Part shown: positions 9,988 to 19,602 of the stretch, piece after piece
Layout of the letters: each line of letters opens with the position of its first letter
How positions within the stretch are numbered: position 1 is the first letter of the stretch
From: an uncultured Acidobacteriota bacterium
GTDB taxonomy: Bacteria; Acidobacteriota; Thermoanaerobaculia; UBA5066
Direction: 5' to 3'
Assembly (NCBI GenBank): GCA_963779415.1
Contig: CAVZYA010000001.1
Coordinates: forward strand, 1,920,001 to 1,984,000
Length of the DNA stretch: 64,000 nucleotides
Notes under the pieces: generated by a model
Seen by the model: the letters and a program-made list of their open reading frames with translations, nothing else
Database searches by the model: none
Told to the model about the DNA's origin: nothing
Position numbers and translations under genes: made by a program

Positions 9988-11726
9988 CGATCGGGCCGTG
10001 TCGCTCCGGGGATCCGGAACAGGTCGATCGAGTATCCCACGCGTCCGGCGGACGTCCCCCGCTCGCGGAGCTGGGAACGGAGCCGCGCGAGGCCGCGGGC
10101 ACCGACGACGTCGCCGTGGAAGGCGAGCGCCTCCGGCCCGCAGCAGAGGAGGAACGACGAGACGGCGTAGAGCCCGGGTGGAGCGTCCGGCCGCGCCGGA
10201 TCGAAGAGGCGGGCCCGGGGAAGCCGGTACGCCGGCTCGTCGCCGCCGAAGTACGCCACCGTGAGGCCGGCCTCCTCGCCGCGCCTCCGCATCTCGAGGC
10301 CGAGGCGCGTCAGGTCCTGTCCCCAGTCGAGATTCGAGTCGTTCAGCCACGCCTCGCCCCGTTCCGGCCCGCCGGCAAGAACGTTGAAGAACGACATCTC
10401 GTGCGGATGGACCCGCGCCACCTCGCCGAGCTCGAGACCGGCGCCGAGAAGGACGATCCCCGCCGCCGCGCGGGGTGCCGCGCGGAAGAGGGCGAGGACC
10501 GCCGCCGCGGCGAGAAGCGGAAAGACCGGCAGCATGTGCCGGATGCCGATGTTGTAGGAGGTCGCCATCCCGGAGACGAAGAGGTAGAGAGCCGGGAAGA
10601 GAAGGGCGGAGAGGACGAGGTCGAGGCGTACCCGCCCGAAGAGGATCAGCAGCCCGCCCGCGAGAAGAACGAGGAGAAACCCGACGGCCGACTTCACGCC
10701 GAAGGCAATGAAGAAGTAGTCCCAGAATCCCTCCGTCGAAAGCCGCCCGCGGAGGAAGTTCACCCCCCCGCCGGTCCGATTCTGGATCTCGACACCGGCG
10801 AGTCCCGCCGCGTAATGCCCGGCCGGCGGCACGAGCCGCGAGAGAGCCGCGAACCTCTCGACGGCGGGCGACGGGGCCTCGCGCGCGAGAAGAAACGCCC
10901 GGACCGCGCTCCCGGCGTCGCCGCGGCTCATGGAGCGCATGGCGACCGCATACGAGCCGAGGAGAACCGCCCCCGCGATGCCGAGGGCAAGGAGAAGGCC
11001 CCGGACCGGCCGGCCGTCGACCATCCGCCCCTCCCGCCGGGCCGAACGTCGACCGATGAGGGTTGCGACGAGCGCGAGAGCCGCGACGACGGGGACGAGG
11101 AGAATCGCGGAAAACTTCGCCGCGAGCGTGGCGCCGAGTGCGGTGCCCGCCGCCGCCCAGAGGAAAACCGACCGCCGCTCGATCGCGAGGAGCGCGAGAG
11201 CGATCGTCCCGAAGAACCCGAGCGAGGCGGCGAGGTCCGTGTGGACCACGGCGGCATGGGCGAGATGCGTCGGCTCGAAGGCAACGAGAGCCGCGGCGCC
11301 GAGGCCCGCGAGATCGCCCCCCCACCGCCGGACGGCGCCGGCCACGACGAGAATGAGCACGAGGAAGAGCCCGTAGAAGGGGCGGCGCGCGGCGTCGAGA
11401 AGCGCGTCCGGAGGGAGCGGATCGCCCGAGAAGAGCCAGGGGCGCGGCTGCTCGGACGTCGCGATGGAAAAAGGCCGCGGGATGCGAGGGGCCCGGGCCC
11501 CCGCGAGTCGGAGCGAGAGCCCCGCGAGGAGCTTGGCGAGCGGCGGGTGCTCGAGATTCGCGAAGTAGGTCCCGGAAATCGCGTACTCGGCCCCGGCCAT
11601 CGCGTGAAACGGCTCGTCCATCGTGGCGCTGTTTCCGCGCCCGGCGTCGTGGGCGAGAAGCGTCCCGGCCAGCGCGAGAGCGCCCGACACCGGCCAGAAG
11701 AGCGCCCGCCGCGGGCCGCTTTGCAC
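9984..11726 (-). CDS. Phospholipid-carrier-dependent glycosyltransferase (GT39/ArnT-like GT-C)
   Basis: SATMDEPFH, NLEHPPLAK, VHTDL, AKFSAILL, NIGIRHMLP and DSNLDWGQDL motifs with many TM helices. Confidence 0.85.
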   Translation of the reverse strand: MQSGPRRALFWPVSGALALAGTLLAHDAGRGNSATMDEPFHAMAGAEYAISGTYFANLEHPPLAKLLAGLSLRLAGARAPRIPRPFSIATSEQPRPWLFSGDPLPPDALLDAARRPFYGLFLVLILVVAGAVRRWGGDLAGLGAAALVAFEPTHLAHAAVVHTDLAASLGFFGTIALALLAIERRSVFLWAAAGTALGATLAAKFSAILLVPVVAALALVATLIGRRSARREGRMVDGRPVRGLLLALGIAGAVLLGSYAVAMRSMSRGDAGSAVRAFLLAREAPSPAVERFAALSRLVPPAGHYAAGLAGVEIQNRTGGGVNFLRGRLSTEGFWDYFFIAFGVKSAVGFLLVLLAGGLLILFGRVRLDLVLSALLFPALYLFVSGMATSYNIGIRHMLPVFPLLAAAAVLALFRAAPRAAAGIVLLGAGLELGEVARVHPHEMSFFNVLAGGPERGEAWLNDSNLDWGQDLTRLGLEMRRRGEEAGLTVAYFGGDEPAYRLPRARLFDPARPDAPPGLYAVSSFLLCCGPEALAFHGDVVGARGLARLRSQLRERGTSAGRVGYSIDLFRIPGATRPDR

Positions 11727-11793
11727 CGCGCGATTCTAATCGGGCCCCGAGTTCCGGATCGACGGGCCCCGCGAGATCCGCCAGAATCGGGTA
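11727..11793. promoter_or_regulatory. Divergent back-to-back -10 boxes, probably leaderless promoters
   Basis: Minus-strand TAGAAT (11733-11738) 6 nt before GTG 11726; plus-strand CAGAAT (11782-11787) 6 nt before ATG 11794; no SD. Confidence 0.6.
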
Positions 11794-12537
11794 ATGCCGG
11801 TCGAGGGGAAGCGCGTCGCCGTCGTGATGCCCGCCTACAACGCCGAGAAGACGCTGCACAAGGCGTGGGACGAGATCCCGAAGGAATGGGTAGACGACAT
11901 CATCCTCGTGGACGACGGCTCCCGCGACCGGACCGTCGAGGTGGCGCGCGGAATCCCCGGCCTGACCGTCGTCGTCCACGAGAAGAACCGCGGCTACGGC
12001 GGAAACCAGAAGACCTGCTACCGGACGGCGCTCGAGCGAGGCGCCGACATCTGCGTGATGGTCCACCCCGATCACCAGTACGACGCTTCGGTCCTGCCGG
12101 AGCTGATCCAGCCGATCGCGAAGGGTTCCGTCGACGCCATGTTCGGGAGCCGGATGCTCGGCGGGCGCCCCCTCGAAGGGGGCATGCCGAAGTGGAAGTA
12201 CCTCGCGAACATCTTCCTGACCGCCATCGAGAACGCCACCTTCTACCTCTACCTGACGGAGTACCACTCGGGCCTCCGCGCCTACTCGCGCCGGTACCTC
12301 GAAAGCGTGAACCTCGCCGCCTTCTCGGACGACTTCGTCTTCGACACGGAGATCATCACGGCCGGAATCTGGAAGGGGATGCGGATCCGCGAGGTGCCGA
12401 TCGTGACGCGCTACTTCGAGGACGCCTCGCAGATCAACTTCTTCCGCTCCACGGTCTACGGCTTTTCGATCCTCGGCGTCATGCTGCGGTACAAGCTCCA
12501 GAAGTGGGGCACCCGGCAGGACGCCATCTTCCAATGA
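11794..12537 (+). CDS. Glycosyltransferase family 2 (polyprenol-phosphate glycosyltransferase-like)
   Basis: VVMPAYNAE, LVDDGSRD, NRGYGGNQKT, HPDHQY, TEYHSGLRAYS, FVFDTE. Confidence 0.9.
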   Translation: MPVEGKRVAVVMPAYNAEKTLHKAWDEIPKEWVDDIILVDDGSRDRTVEVARGIPGLTVVVHEKNRGYGGNQKTCYRTALERGADICVMVHPDHQYDASVLPELIQPIAKGSVDAMFGSRMLGGRPLEGGMPKWKYLANIFLTAIENATFYLYLTEYHSGLRAYSRRYLESVNLAAFSDDFVFDTEIITAGIWKGMRIREVPIVTRYFEDASQINFFRSTVYGFSILGVMLRYKLQKWGTRQDAIFQ

Positions 12538-14825
12538 CGCCGGGCGCGGCGCTCCGGCGGCTTCTCTCCCCGGCGCCCCTCGCGGCCGCCCTCCTTCTGG
12601 TCGTCGCCGTTCTCCCGAACCTCGACCTCCTCTCCGGCCGCGCGTCGCCGTTCTACCGCGACCTCGGGACGACGCAACGCCCGGCCCGCGCTCTCTTCTC
12701 CACGCTCGGCGCGTCGGCCGTCGATCCGTACGCCTCGTTCGGCCAGCCCTACTGGGGCAACCCGAATCTCGTCCTCGCCTACCCTTTTCCCCGCTCCCCG
12801 CGCTTTCTCGGCCTCCACCTCCTGTTCCATCTCTTCCTCGCGACGGCGGGCGCCTTCCTCTTCCTCCGCCGCCTCGTCCGGGCAGAAGAGGCCGCCCTTC
12901 TCGGAGCCGCCGCCTTCGGCCTCTCGGGCTATGTCCTCTCGTCGACCGCCTTTCTGAACGCCGCGACGACGATCGCGTGGACGCCCTGGCTTCTCTTCTT
13001 CGTGGCGGCGGCGCGCGAATCGAGGGGACGGACCCTGGTCCGGTGCGGGTTCGGCGTGACCGCCACGACGGCCCTCCTCGTCCTCGGCGGCGAGCCGGCG
13101 CTCGCCGGGCTCTCCCTCCTCGTGGCGATCCTCTTCGCCGCCGCGTCGCCGCGCGCGGTCCGGCGGGGGACTCTCGCCGCCACGGCCGGTGGCGTGGTCG
13201 CGGCCGCTCTTCTACTCTCGCCGTGGCTCTATTCCGTCGCGAAAGCGAGCACCTTCTCCTCACGCCGGATGCGGGGGTTCTCGTTCAACGAATTCGCCGC
13301 CGTCGGGTTCCACCCGCTTCGGCTTCTCGAGACCCCGTTCCCGCTCTTTCTGGGCGACCCGTCGCGCCTCGTCTCGGGGGGGTTCTGGGGCTTCTCGGTC
13401 ACACAGGGGAACCCCCCCTATCTCGCGTCCCTCGGCTTCGGCGTCCTCCCTCTCTCGCTCGCGATTCTCTTCGTCGTCTCGGCCAAGCGGCACGAGGGAC
13501 GCTTCTGGATCGGCGCGGCCCTTCTCTCCCTTCTCGCGGCTCTCGTCCCGTGGCTTCCGGGCGCACCGGCGGTCTATGCCGCGCTCCCGGTCCTCCACGT
13601 CGTCCGCTATCCGGTGAAGGCGATCTTCGTCCTCACGCTCTCCGTCTCGGTCCTCGCGGCCCTCGCGACGGACCGCCTTCTGATCCTCGGCTCGCTCCCG
13701 CGCTTCCGGGCGAGAGCTGCCATCGCCCTCGGAGGGCTCGCGGCGCTCTCTGCCGCGGCCTCGCTCGCCCTCCGCCTCTCCCCCGATCTCGGACGCTCTC
13801 TCCTGATGCGGCTCTGGGACCCGTCGTGGGTCTCGAGCCCCGATGTCGTTCTCGGCCCCGTTCTCCGGCGGCTCCCGGTCCAGGCGGCCCTCACCGCCGC
13901 CGTTCTTCTCCTCCTCGCGATCCTCGTCCGCCGGACGGCGTCGGACTCACGCGCCCGCCTCTTTCTCCTCGTCGCCGTCGGCGCGGAACTCCTCCTTCCC
14001 GCCGGGAGCCTCCTGCCGCGCATTCCGTCCGCGTGGCTCGAAACGAGGTATCCGCTCGTCTCCCGCGCCGCCGCCATTCCGGGGCGCGTTTTCGAGCGCG
14101 CCCCGAAGGACCTCGACCCGGTCCGCCGCGGCCTTTTCGGCGTCGCCTTCGCCGACGACCTGACCGACATCGCCCGCGCCCAGCTCCGTCAGGGGTGGGC
14201 GCTCACGGGCGCGCCTCAGGGACTCCGGTACGCCTACGACCAGGACCCGGACGGAAGCTATTCGTACCTCGACCGGATGGCCCAGGCCGTCCTCTCGGTC
14301 CGGAGCTGGAGTGGCAAGCTGAAATGGCTCCGGTCGGCCGGCGTCGGAAGCGTCATCGCGGGAGACGTTCCTCCGGAGACGCCGGGCCTCGCCCCCGTCT
14401 TCACGGACGGCGAGGCGGGGATCCCGGCGACGCTCTTCCGGCTGACGGAGCCGCTTCCGGGGATCCGGCGCTGCCCGCGCGTCCTCGCGGCCGACTCCGT
14501 CACGCGGACGGTCGTCCTCTTCGAGGACCCTTCCTTCGACCCGAAGGTGGCGGTCGTCGTTGCGGGACGGAGCGCGGCCTCTCTCGCCGCCGAGCGCGAG
14601 GACCCGCTCGCGCGCGCCCGCGTCGTCGCCGAAACGCCGGAGGTCCTCGTCGTGGAGACGTCGGGCAGCCTGCCGGGCGTCCTGCACGTCGACCGGACCT
14701 ACACGCCGCTCGTCCGGGCGACGGTGAACCGGCGTCCGGTCGTCCCCGTCGTCGCGAACCTCCACCTCGTCGGCATTCCGGTCCCCGCCGGCCTCGCGCA
14801 GGTCGTCGTCGAGATCGCGCCCTGA
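12534..14825 (+). CDS. YfhO-like polytopic membrane protein (GT-C fold)
   Basis: ATG 12534 (ATGA overlap) MTPGAALRR; FYRDLG, DPYASFGQPYWGNPN, RYPVK, C-terminal ANLHLVGIPVPAG. Confidence 0.78.
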   Translation: MTPGAALRRLLSPAPLAAALLLVVAVLPNLDLLSGRASPFYRDLGTTQRPARALFSTLGASAVDPYASFGQPYWGNPNLVLAYPFPRSPRFLGLHLLFHLFLATAGAFLFLRRLVRAEEAALLGAAAFGLSGYVLSSTAFLNAATTIAWTPWLLFFVAAARESRGRTLVRCGFGVTATTALLVLGGEPALAGLSLLVAILFAAASPRAVRRGTLAATAGGVVAAALLLSPWLYSVAKASTFSSRRMRGFSFNEFAAVGFHPLRLLETPFPLFLGDPSRLVSGGFWGFSVTQGNPPYLASLGFGVLPLSLAILFVVSAKRHEGRFWIGAALLSLLAALVPWLPGAPAVYAALPVLHVVRYPVKAIFVLTLSVSVLAALATDRLLILGSLPRFRARAAIALGGLAALSAAASLALRLSPDLGRSLLMRLWDPSWVSSPDVVLGPVLRRLPVQAALTAAVLLLLAILVRRTASDSRARLFLLVAVGAELLLPAGSLLPRIPSAWLETRYPLVSRAAAIPGRVFERAPKDLDPVRRGLFGVAFADDLTDIARAQLRQGWALTGAPQGLRYAYDQDPDGSYSYLDRMAQAVLSVRSWSGKLKWLRSAGVGSVIAGDVPPETPGLAPVFTDGEAGIPATLFRLTEPLPGIRRCPRVLAADSVTRTVVLFEDPSFDPKVAVVVAGRSAASLAAEREDPLARARVVAETPEVLVVETSGSLPGVLHVDRTYTPLVRATVNRRPVVPVVANLHLVGIPVPAGLAQVVVEIAP

Positions 14826-14840
14826 CCCCCCAAAGGTCCG

Positions 14841-15299
14841 CTACCAGCGGTGGAAGGCCGGGTGTCCCTCCTTCACGGAGACGAAGGTGCCGCGGCAGGT
14901 CGCCGTCACCTTTCCGTCCGCCTCGATCTCCGCCTCGACGACGGCGCGGTCCTCTCCCGACTCGACGACACGCGCGCGAATCCGGAGCGGAGCGCCGAGG
15001 GGCGTCGGCTTCTTGAGCCGGACGTGGAAGTCGGCGGTCACCGTGCAGGGAAGCGCGCTTTCTCCCGCCTTTTTCATCAGATGGACCGCCGCCGCCCAGT
15101 TGCTGTGGCAGTCGAGGAGGGTCCCGCAAATTCCGCCGTTCAAAATCCCGTCGAACGCGAGGTGGTGCGGCTCGGGCGTCCAATCGGCGACGAGCTCGTC
15201 CCCCCTCTCGAAGCTCCGGATGTGCAACCCCTTCTCGTTCGCCGGGCCGCAGCCGAAACAGCGGTTCTCCGGCGCGAGCGTCTCCTGAAGGCTCTTCAT
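14841..15299 (-). CDS. PaaI family thioesterase (hotdog fold)
   Basis: MKSLQETLAPENRCFGCGPANEKGL...LNGGICGTLLDCH...CTVTADFHVRLKKPTP; ATGA overlap with upstream stop. Confidence 0.88.
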   Translation of the reverse strand: MKSLQETLAPENRCFGCGPANEKGLHIRSFERGDELVADWTPEPHHLAFDGILNGGICGTLLDCHSNWAAAVHLMKKAGESALPCTVTADFHVRLKKPTPLGAPLRIRARVVESGEDRAVVEAEIEADGKVTATCRGTFVSVKEGHPAFHRW

Positions 15300-16312
15300 C
15301 GATCGCTTCCCGTCTTCCGTGCCGGAATCGCCTGCGGCGTCACGGCGCGCCAGCTCTCGCCCTTGTTTCCCGACCGGAAGACGCCTCCCGCCTCCGTCGT
15401 GACGTAGAGGACGTCGACCCGCCCCGGCGCGAAGGCGGCCTCGAGGACGAGGGTCCCGTCGGGCGAAACGTTCGTGGACCAGCCCCTCGCGCCGTCGAGC
15501 GTCCGGTAGAAGCCCTTCGTCATCCCCGCGGCCGCCTGCTCGCCCCCCTCCGACTGCGCCTGAACGGAGACGAGAAGGTACTTCTCGCTCGACGGATCCG
15601 GCACCCAGAGGCTGCGAAGGAGCGTCGGAGATCCCGAGACCGGCTTCCACGACGTCCCTCCGTCCGTGCTCCGGAAGAGCCCTTTCCGGTTCGCCGCGAG
15701 CGCGACCGGCGGGTCGCCGATGCCCCATGCGACCGAGCCGTAGTCGAACTCGGGAGCGGCCGGGACGCGCCGCCAGGTCTCGCCGCCGTCGTCGCTCCGG
15801 TGGAGGAGCCCGGGCGAGACGAGGACGACCTGGTTCGGAACGCGCGGGCTCGTCCGGATACGGAAGAGGTGGAAGGCGCGGCCCGGGACGCCGGCGCTCC
15901 GAAAGCTCTTTCCGCCGTCGACGCTCCGGAAGACGCCCGCCTCCCCGACGGCGAAGAGCGCGGATCCCGCGGACGCGACGTCGATGACCGGACCGGCCGG
16001 GGAGCCCACGGGCCGGGTGAACGTCCGGCCTCCGTCGTCGCTCCGGAGAAGGCCGTCGTCGGTCCCGAGGAGGAAAACGCCCCCTTCGGAGAAGGCGATA
16101 CCGGCGACGGTGCGCGGGCTCGCCGGAAGGGCCCGCCATGTCTCTCCGGAATCCCGGGAGGCAAACAGCCCGGTCCCCTCGATCCAGACGACGACGTGTT
16201 GCGGCTCCTTCGGATCGACGCCGAGAGCGAGACGCGGCGGCGCGGCGGCAGCGCGTGCCGCGAGCACGCCTGCGAGAAACGCTCCTGCGAGCGCGAAGAC
16301 GGTTCTTCTCAT
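15296..16312 (-). CDS. Secreted BNR/Asp-box beta-propeller protein
   Basis: Signal peptide MRRTVFALAGAFLAG; about 7 Asp-box repeats (SRDSGETW, SDDGGRTF, SVDGGKSF, SDDGGETW, STDGGTSW, TLDGARGW, SGNKGESW). Confidence 0.85.
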   Translation of the reverse strand: MRRTVFALAGAFLAGVLAARAAAAPPRLALGVDPKEPQHVVVWIEGTGLFASRDSGETWRALPASPRTVAGIAFSEGGVFLLGTDDGLLRSDDGGRTFTRPVGSPAGPVIDVASAGSALFAVGEAGVFRSVDGGKSFRSAGVPGRAFHLFRIRTSPRVPNQVVLVSPGLLHRSDDGGETWRRVPAAPEFDYGSVAWGIGDPPVALAANRKGLFRSTDGGTSWKPVSGSPTLLRSLWVPDPSSEKYLLVSVQAQSEGGEQAAAGMTKGFYRTLDGARGWSTNVSPDGTLVLEAAFAPGRVDVLYVTTEAGGVFRSGNKGESWRAVTPQAIPARKTGSDR

Positions 16313-17265
16313 GCTCCCTCTCCTCCGGTGGCGACGGCCGTCGCCCGCCCCGGTATGGACCTGAAGTTCAGACGCTTCGCCGGCAGCGTTCCCGCAGACG
16401 GAAGCGTCCTGCAAAGTTCTTCGAAGGTGAGAAATCGGACTCCCCCGCTCTTCCACGCGGCGAGCAGCCTGGCGAAGGGCGCGAGAAAAGCGGGTCCCCC
16501 TTCGATCTCCGTGTGAACGGAGTGGACGTCGAACGGCTCCACCGCCGCATCCGCCGCCGCGTGCGCTCTCTCTTCCATTCTCATTCGAAGAACTTCGCAG
16601 GCCCTCTCCGCCTGCGATCCTGCACCCGGCAAAGGGAGGGCCAGCAGCTCGTCGAGCGTCGGAAGCGTCGAAGGAATCTCGAGGATCTTCGAGGGGGTCC
16701 CGTCGGGCCGCAGCGGGTGAAACGGCCCGCCGCCGCGAGAATCCGACGAGATTTCGATCCCGTTCGCCTCGTACGCCTCGACGGAGAGAGGGGTCGCCGT
16801 CCAGCCGGGGGCGCCCGCCACGCGGGCCCGCTCCCCGAAGATCTCCTCGAAGCGAGATCCGGCGCGAGCGAACGTGGCAAAGACCTCCTCGCGAGCCATG
16901 GACGGCAGCCGGTCGTGCCAGTCGACGTGGTCCCAGGCGTGGATCCCGCACTCGTGGCCGGCCGACTTCACCTCGCGCATCCGGCGAACGGCTTCCGGCT
17001 TCGCCCCGATGTCCGGGGCCGGGAGGAGTGTCCCGTAGAGCATCGTCGCGAATCCGTACGACGAGGCCGGGCTCGCGGAGAAGACCTTCTTCACGAACCC
17101 CTTCCTAAAGACGCGCTTTGCGGCCTTCCCCGTGTTGTCCGGTCCCAGCGAAAAGAGGAACGTCGCCCGGATCCCCTCCTTTTCGAAGAGATCGAGGAGG
17201 CGCGGCACCCCTTCGAGCGTCCCGCGGTACGTGTCGACGTCGACCTTGAGGACGAGGGTGCTCAC
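16309..17265 (-). CDS. arnD: Undecaprenyl-phosphate-Ara4FN deformylase (polysaccharide deacetylase family)
   Basis: LKVDVDTYRGTLEGVPRLL, ATFLFSLGPDNTG, YGTLLPAP, HAWDHVDW, IPSTLPTLDE, HTEIEG match ArnD; arn context. Confidence 0.88.
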   Translation of the reverse strand: MSTLVLKVDVDTYRGTLEGVPRLLDLFEKEGIRATFLFSLGPDNTGKAAKRVFRKGFVKKVFSASPASSYGFATMLYGTLLPAPDIGAKPEAVRRMREVKSAGHECGIHAWDHVDWHDRLPSMAREEVFATFARAGSRFEEIFGERARVAGAPGWTATPLSVEAYEANGIEISSDSRGGGPFHPLRPDGTPSKILEIPSTLPTLDELLALPLPGAGSQAERACEVLRMRMEERAHAAADAAVEPFDVHSVHTEIEGGPAFLAPFARLLAAWKSGGVRFLTFEELCRTLPSAGTLPAKRLNFRSIPGRATAVATGGEGA

Positions 17266-18434
17266 CGGTCCTCCCCTTGCTCGAACAAGGCGAGGTACGG
17301 CTGGTAGGCGAAGACGCGGTTCCGGCGCCGTCCAGTCGTCTCGACGAGCAGTCGGTGCTTCTCGAGCGCTTCGACGAGAGCGTTCGCATTCGGAAACGAG
17401 ATCCCGGTGATCTCGGCGACCTGCTTCACCGAGACGATTGGCCGGAAGTAGAGCGTCTCCAGGAGAGCGAGGGCGTTGCCGGCCCCGCGGCCCGTCTTCG
17501 ATGTCAGGAGAATTCTGTGACGTTCGCGAAGATCGACGATCTTTCTTGCCGTCTGAGTCGCTTCGATCGATACGCTGGCGACGCCCCGAAAAAAGAACTT
17601 CAGCCAGCTCTCCCAGTCGCCTCGGTCCCTGACGGCCTGAAGGCGGTCGTAGTACTCGGTTCGACGAGCCTTCAGGTAATGGGAGAGATACAGGAGCGGC
17701 CTCCGGAGTACCTTCTTCTCGCAGAGCAGAAAGGTGATGAGGAGACGTCCGACTCGGCCGTTCCCGTCGATGAACGGGTGAATCGTCTCGAATTGGGCGT
17801 GTGCCAGGCCGACCTTCAGGAGCGGAGGCATCGGAGATTCGTCGTGAAGGAACCTCTCCAGGCTTGCAAGAGCGTCGAGCATGACTCTCGGTGGTGGCGG
17901 AATGAAGCTGGCCCGTTCGATCGGCGAATTCTCGGGGCCAATCCAGTTCTGCCGCGTCCGGAACTCACCGGGTCGCCTGTCGCCACCGCGGACTCCTTTC
18001 AGGAGAGTCCCGTGGATCTCCCGAATCAGCCGAAGGCTGACAGGAAGTGTTACGAGGCGCTGAAGGCCCTGGTTCATCGCGGCGACGTAGTTCACGACCT
18101 CGGGAACGTCTCCTGGGTGATCGGCCTTCTGAGCCTTCGCTTCGAACTCAAGGAGATCCATCAATGAGGCCTGGGTCCCCTCGATCTGGCTCGAGAGAAC
18201 CGCCTCTTTTCGCACGTACATGAAGACGAAGAGATCGGGGTTCGGAAGGGTCTCGGTTGCTCCGTCGAGCCGGCCGAGAGCACGGTCGGCGTCGGAGAGG
18301 AGCATCTGCAGCTCGTCGTCCATCCGGACAGGAGAGATAGGGGGCAAATCAGCCGGAATGAATGCCTTATAGCCCTGGAGCTGGCGGGTGTAGCGGCCGG
18401 CTCGGCCGATTTCCTTGTCTTCGGTAGCAGTCAT
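17262..18434 (-). CDS. Fic family protein (N-terminal DUF4172-like region, C-terminal HTH)
   Basis: Canonical Fic motif HPFIDGNGRVGR; EAVLSSQIEGT inhibitory-helix motif; visibly lower GC than flanks. Confidence 0.92.
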   Translation of the reverse strand: MTATEDKEIGRAGRYTRQLQGYKAFIPADLPPISPVRMDDELQMLLSDADRALGRLDGATETLPNPDLFVFMYVRKEAVLSSQIEGTQASLMDLLEFEAKAQKADHPGDVPEVVNYVAAMNQGLQRLVTLPVSLRLIREIHGTLLKGVRGGDRRPGEFRTRQNWIGPENSPIERASFIPPPPRVMLDALASLERFLHDESPMPPLLKVGLAHAQFETIHPFIDGNGRVGRLLITFLLCEKKVLRRPLLYLSHYLKARRTEYYDRLQAVRDRGDWESWLKFFFRGVASVSIEATQTARKIVDLRERHRILLTSKTGRGAGNALALLETLYFRPIVSVKQVAEITGISFPNANALVEALEKHRLLVETTGRRRNRVFAYQPYLALFEQGEDR

Positions 18435-18569
18435 GAGGCCTCCGCCGGGTCACCGTTATTTCTGTTCGGCGGCTCCTTACGATAACAAGTATTCCGGTGT
18501 TTTCGGAAGCGAAATGAACGGAATGGAGCCGCCCCGGCCAGGGACGGGTCCCATCGGCGCGTCGAGCGC

Positions 18570-19601
18570 TCACACCTCGGGGGGCTTGCGGCTCTTCAGG
18601 TAGAAGTCGAGCGTCTTCTTGAGCCCGGACGAAAAGTCGGTCGTCGGCTTCCAGCCGAGAAGCCGCTCGGCCTTCCTGATGGACGGGACGCGGGTTGTTA
18701 TGTCCTGGTAGTTCTCGCCGTAGTACTCCTTCGCCGAGACGGTGACGATCTTCACCTTTTTCGCGAGAGGCGCGAACTTCGGATAGCGCGCCACGGCGTC
18801 GACGAGAAGGTGGGCGAGCTCGTGGATCGACAGATCGCCGCCGGGGTTCCCGATGTTGAAGATCTCGCCGTCGGCCTTCCCCCCTTCGTTCACGAGGATT
18901 TTCATCAGGCCGTCGATCCCGTCTTCCACGAAGGTGAAGCAGCGGCGCTGCTGGCCGCCGTCCACGAGCTTGATCGGCTTGGCGTAGAGGATGTTGTGGA
19001 GGAACTGCGTCAGGACGCGGCTGGAGCCCTCCTTCGGCGCGTCGACGTCGTCGAGGTGCGGGCCGTACCAGTTGAACGGCCGGAAGAGGGTGAACTTCAG
19101 GCCCTGCGCGTGTCCCATCGCCCAGATGACCCGGTCGAGGAGCTGCTTCGACGAGGAATAGATCCAGCGCTCCTTCCGGATCGGCCCGTAGACGAGGGGC
19201 GAGGAGTCCTCGTCGAACTCCCCGTCGGGACACATCCCGTAGACCTCCGACGTGGAGGGGAAGACGACCCGCGTGGCGTACTTCGCGGCCATCCTGACGA
19301 TCCGGAGGTTTTCCTCGAAGTCCAGCTCGAAGACGGAGAGCGGGGCCTTCACGTAGGCCGAGGGGGTCGCGATGGCGACGAGCGGAAGGACGACGTCGGC
19401 TTTCTTGACGTGGTACTCGATCCACTCCCGGTTGATCGCGACGTCCCCTTCGAGAAAGCGGAAGCGCTTCTCGGTGAGGAACTCGGCGATCCGGTCGCTC
19501 CCGACGTCGAGGCCGAAGACCTCCCAGTCGGTGGTGGTGAGGATGCGCCGCGTGAGCGCATTGCCGATGAATCCGTTGACGCCGAGGATCAGGACGCGCA
19601 T
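18570..19601 (-). CDS. arnA: UDP-glucuronic acid oxidase/decarboxylase (ArnA C-terminal domain as a separate gene)
   Basis: VLILGVNGFIG, LPLVAIATP, STSEVYG, RWIYSSSKQLLDRVIWAMG, FRPFNWYGP. Confidence 0.92.
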   Translation of the reverse strand: MRVLILGVNGFIGNALTRRILTTTDWEVFGLDVGSDRIAEFLTEKRFRFLEGDVAINREWIEYHVKKADVVLPLVAIATPSAYVKAPLSVFELDFEENLRIVRMAAKYATRVVFPSTSEVYGMCPDGEFDEDSSPLVYGPIRKERWIYSSSKQLLDRVIWAMGHAQGLKFTLFRPFNWYGPHLDDVDAPKEGSSRVLTQFLHNILYAKPIKLVDGGQQRRCFTFVEDGIDGLMKILVNEGGKADGEIFNIGNPGGDLSIHELAHLLVDAVARYPKFAPLAKKVKIVTVSAKEYYGENYQDITTRVPSIRKAERLLGWKPTTDFSSGLKKTLDFYLKSRKPPEV

Positions 19602-19602
19602 G

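Noticed and set aside
9277-14825. Giant ORFs 9277..13263 (-) and 10116..14825 (+)
   Set aside because: Stop-free shadows; the real parts are the GT2 N-terminus from 9987 and the YfhO-like gene from 12534.
18435-18569. Integron attC site or IS end next to fic
   Set aside because: No RYYYAAC...GTTRRRY arrangement in the right order, and no integrase, transposase or target duplication seen.
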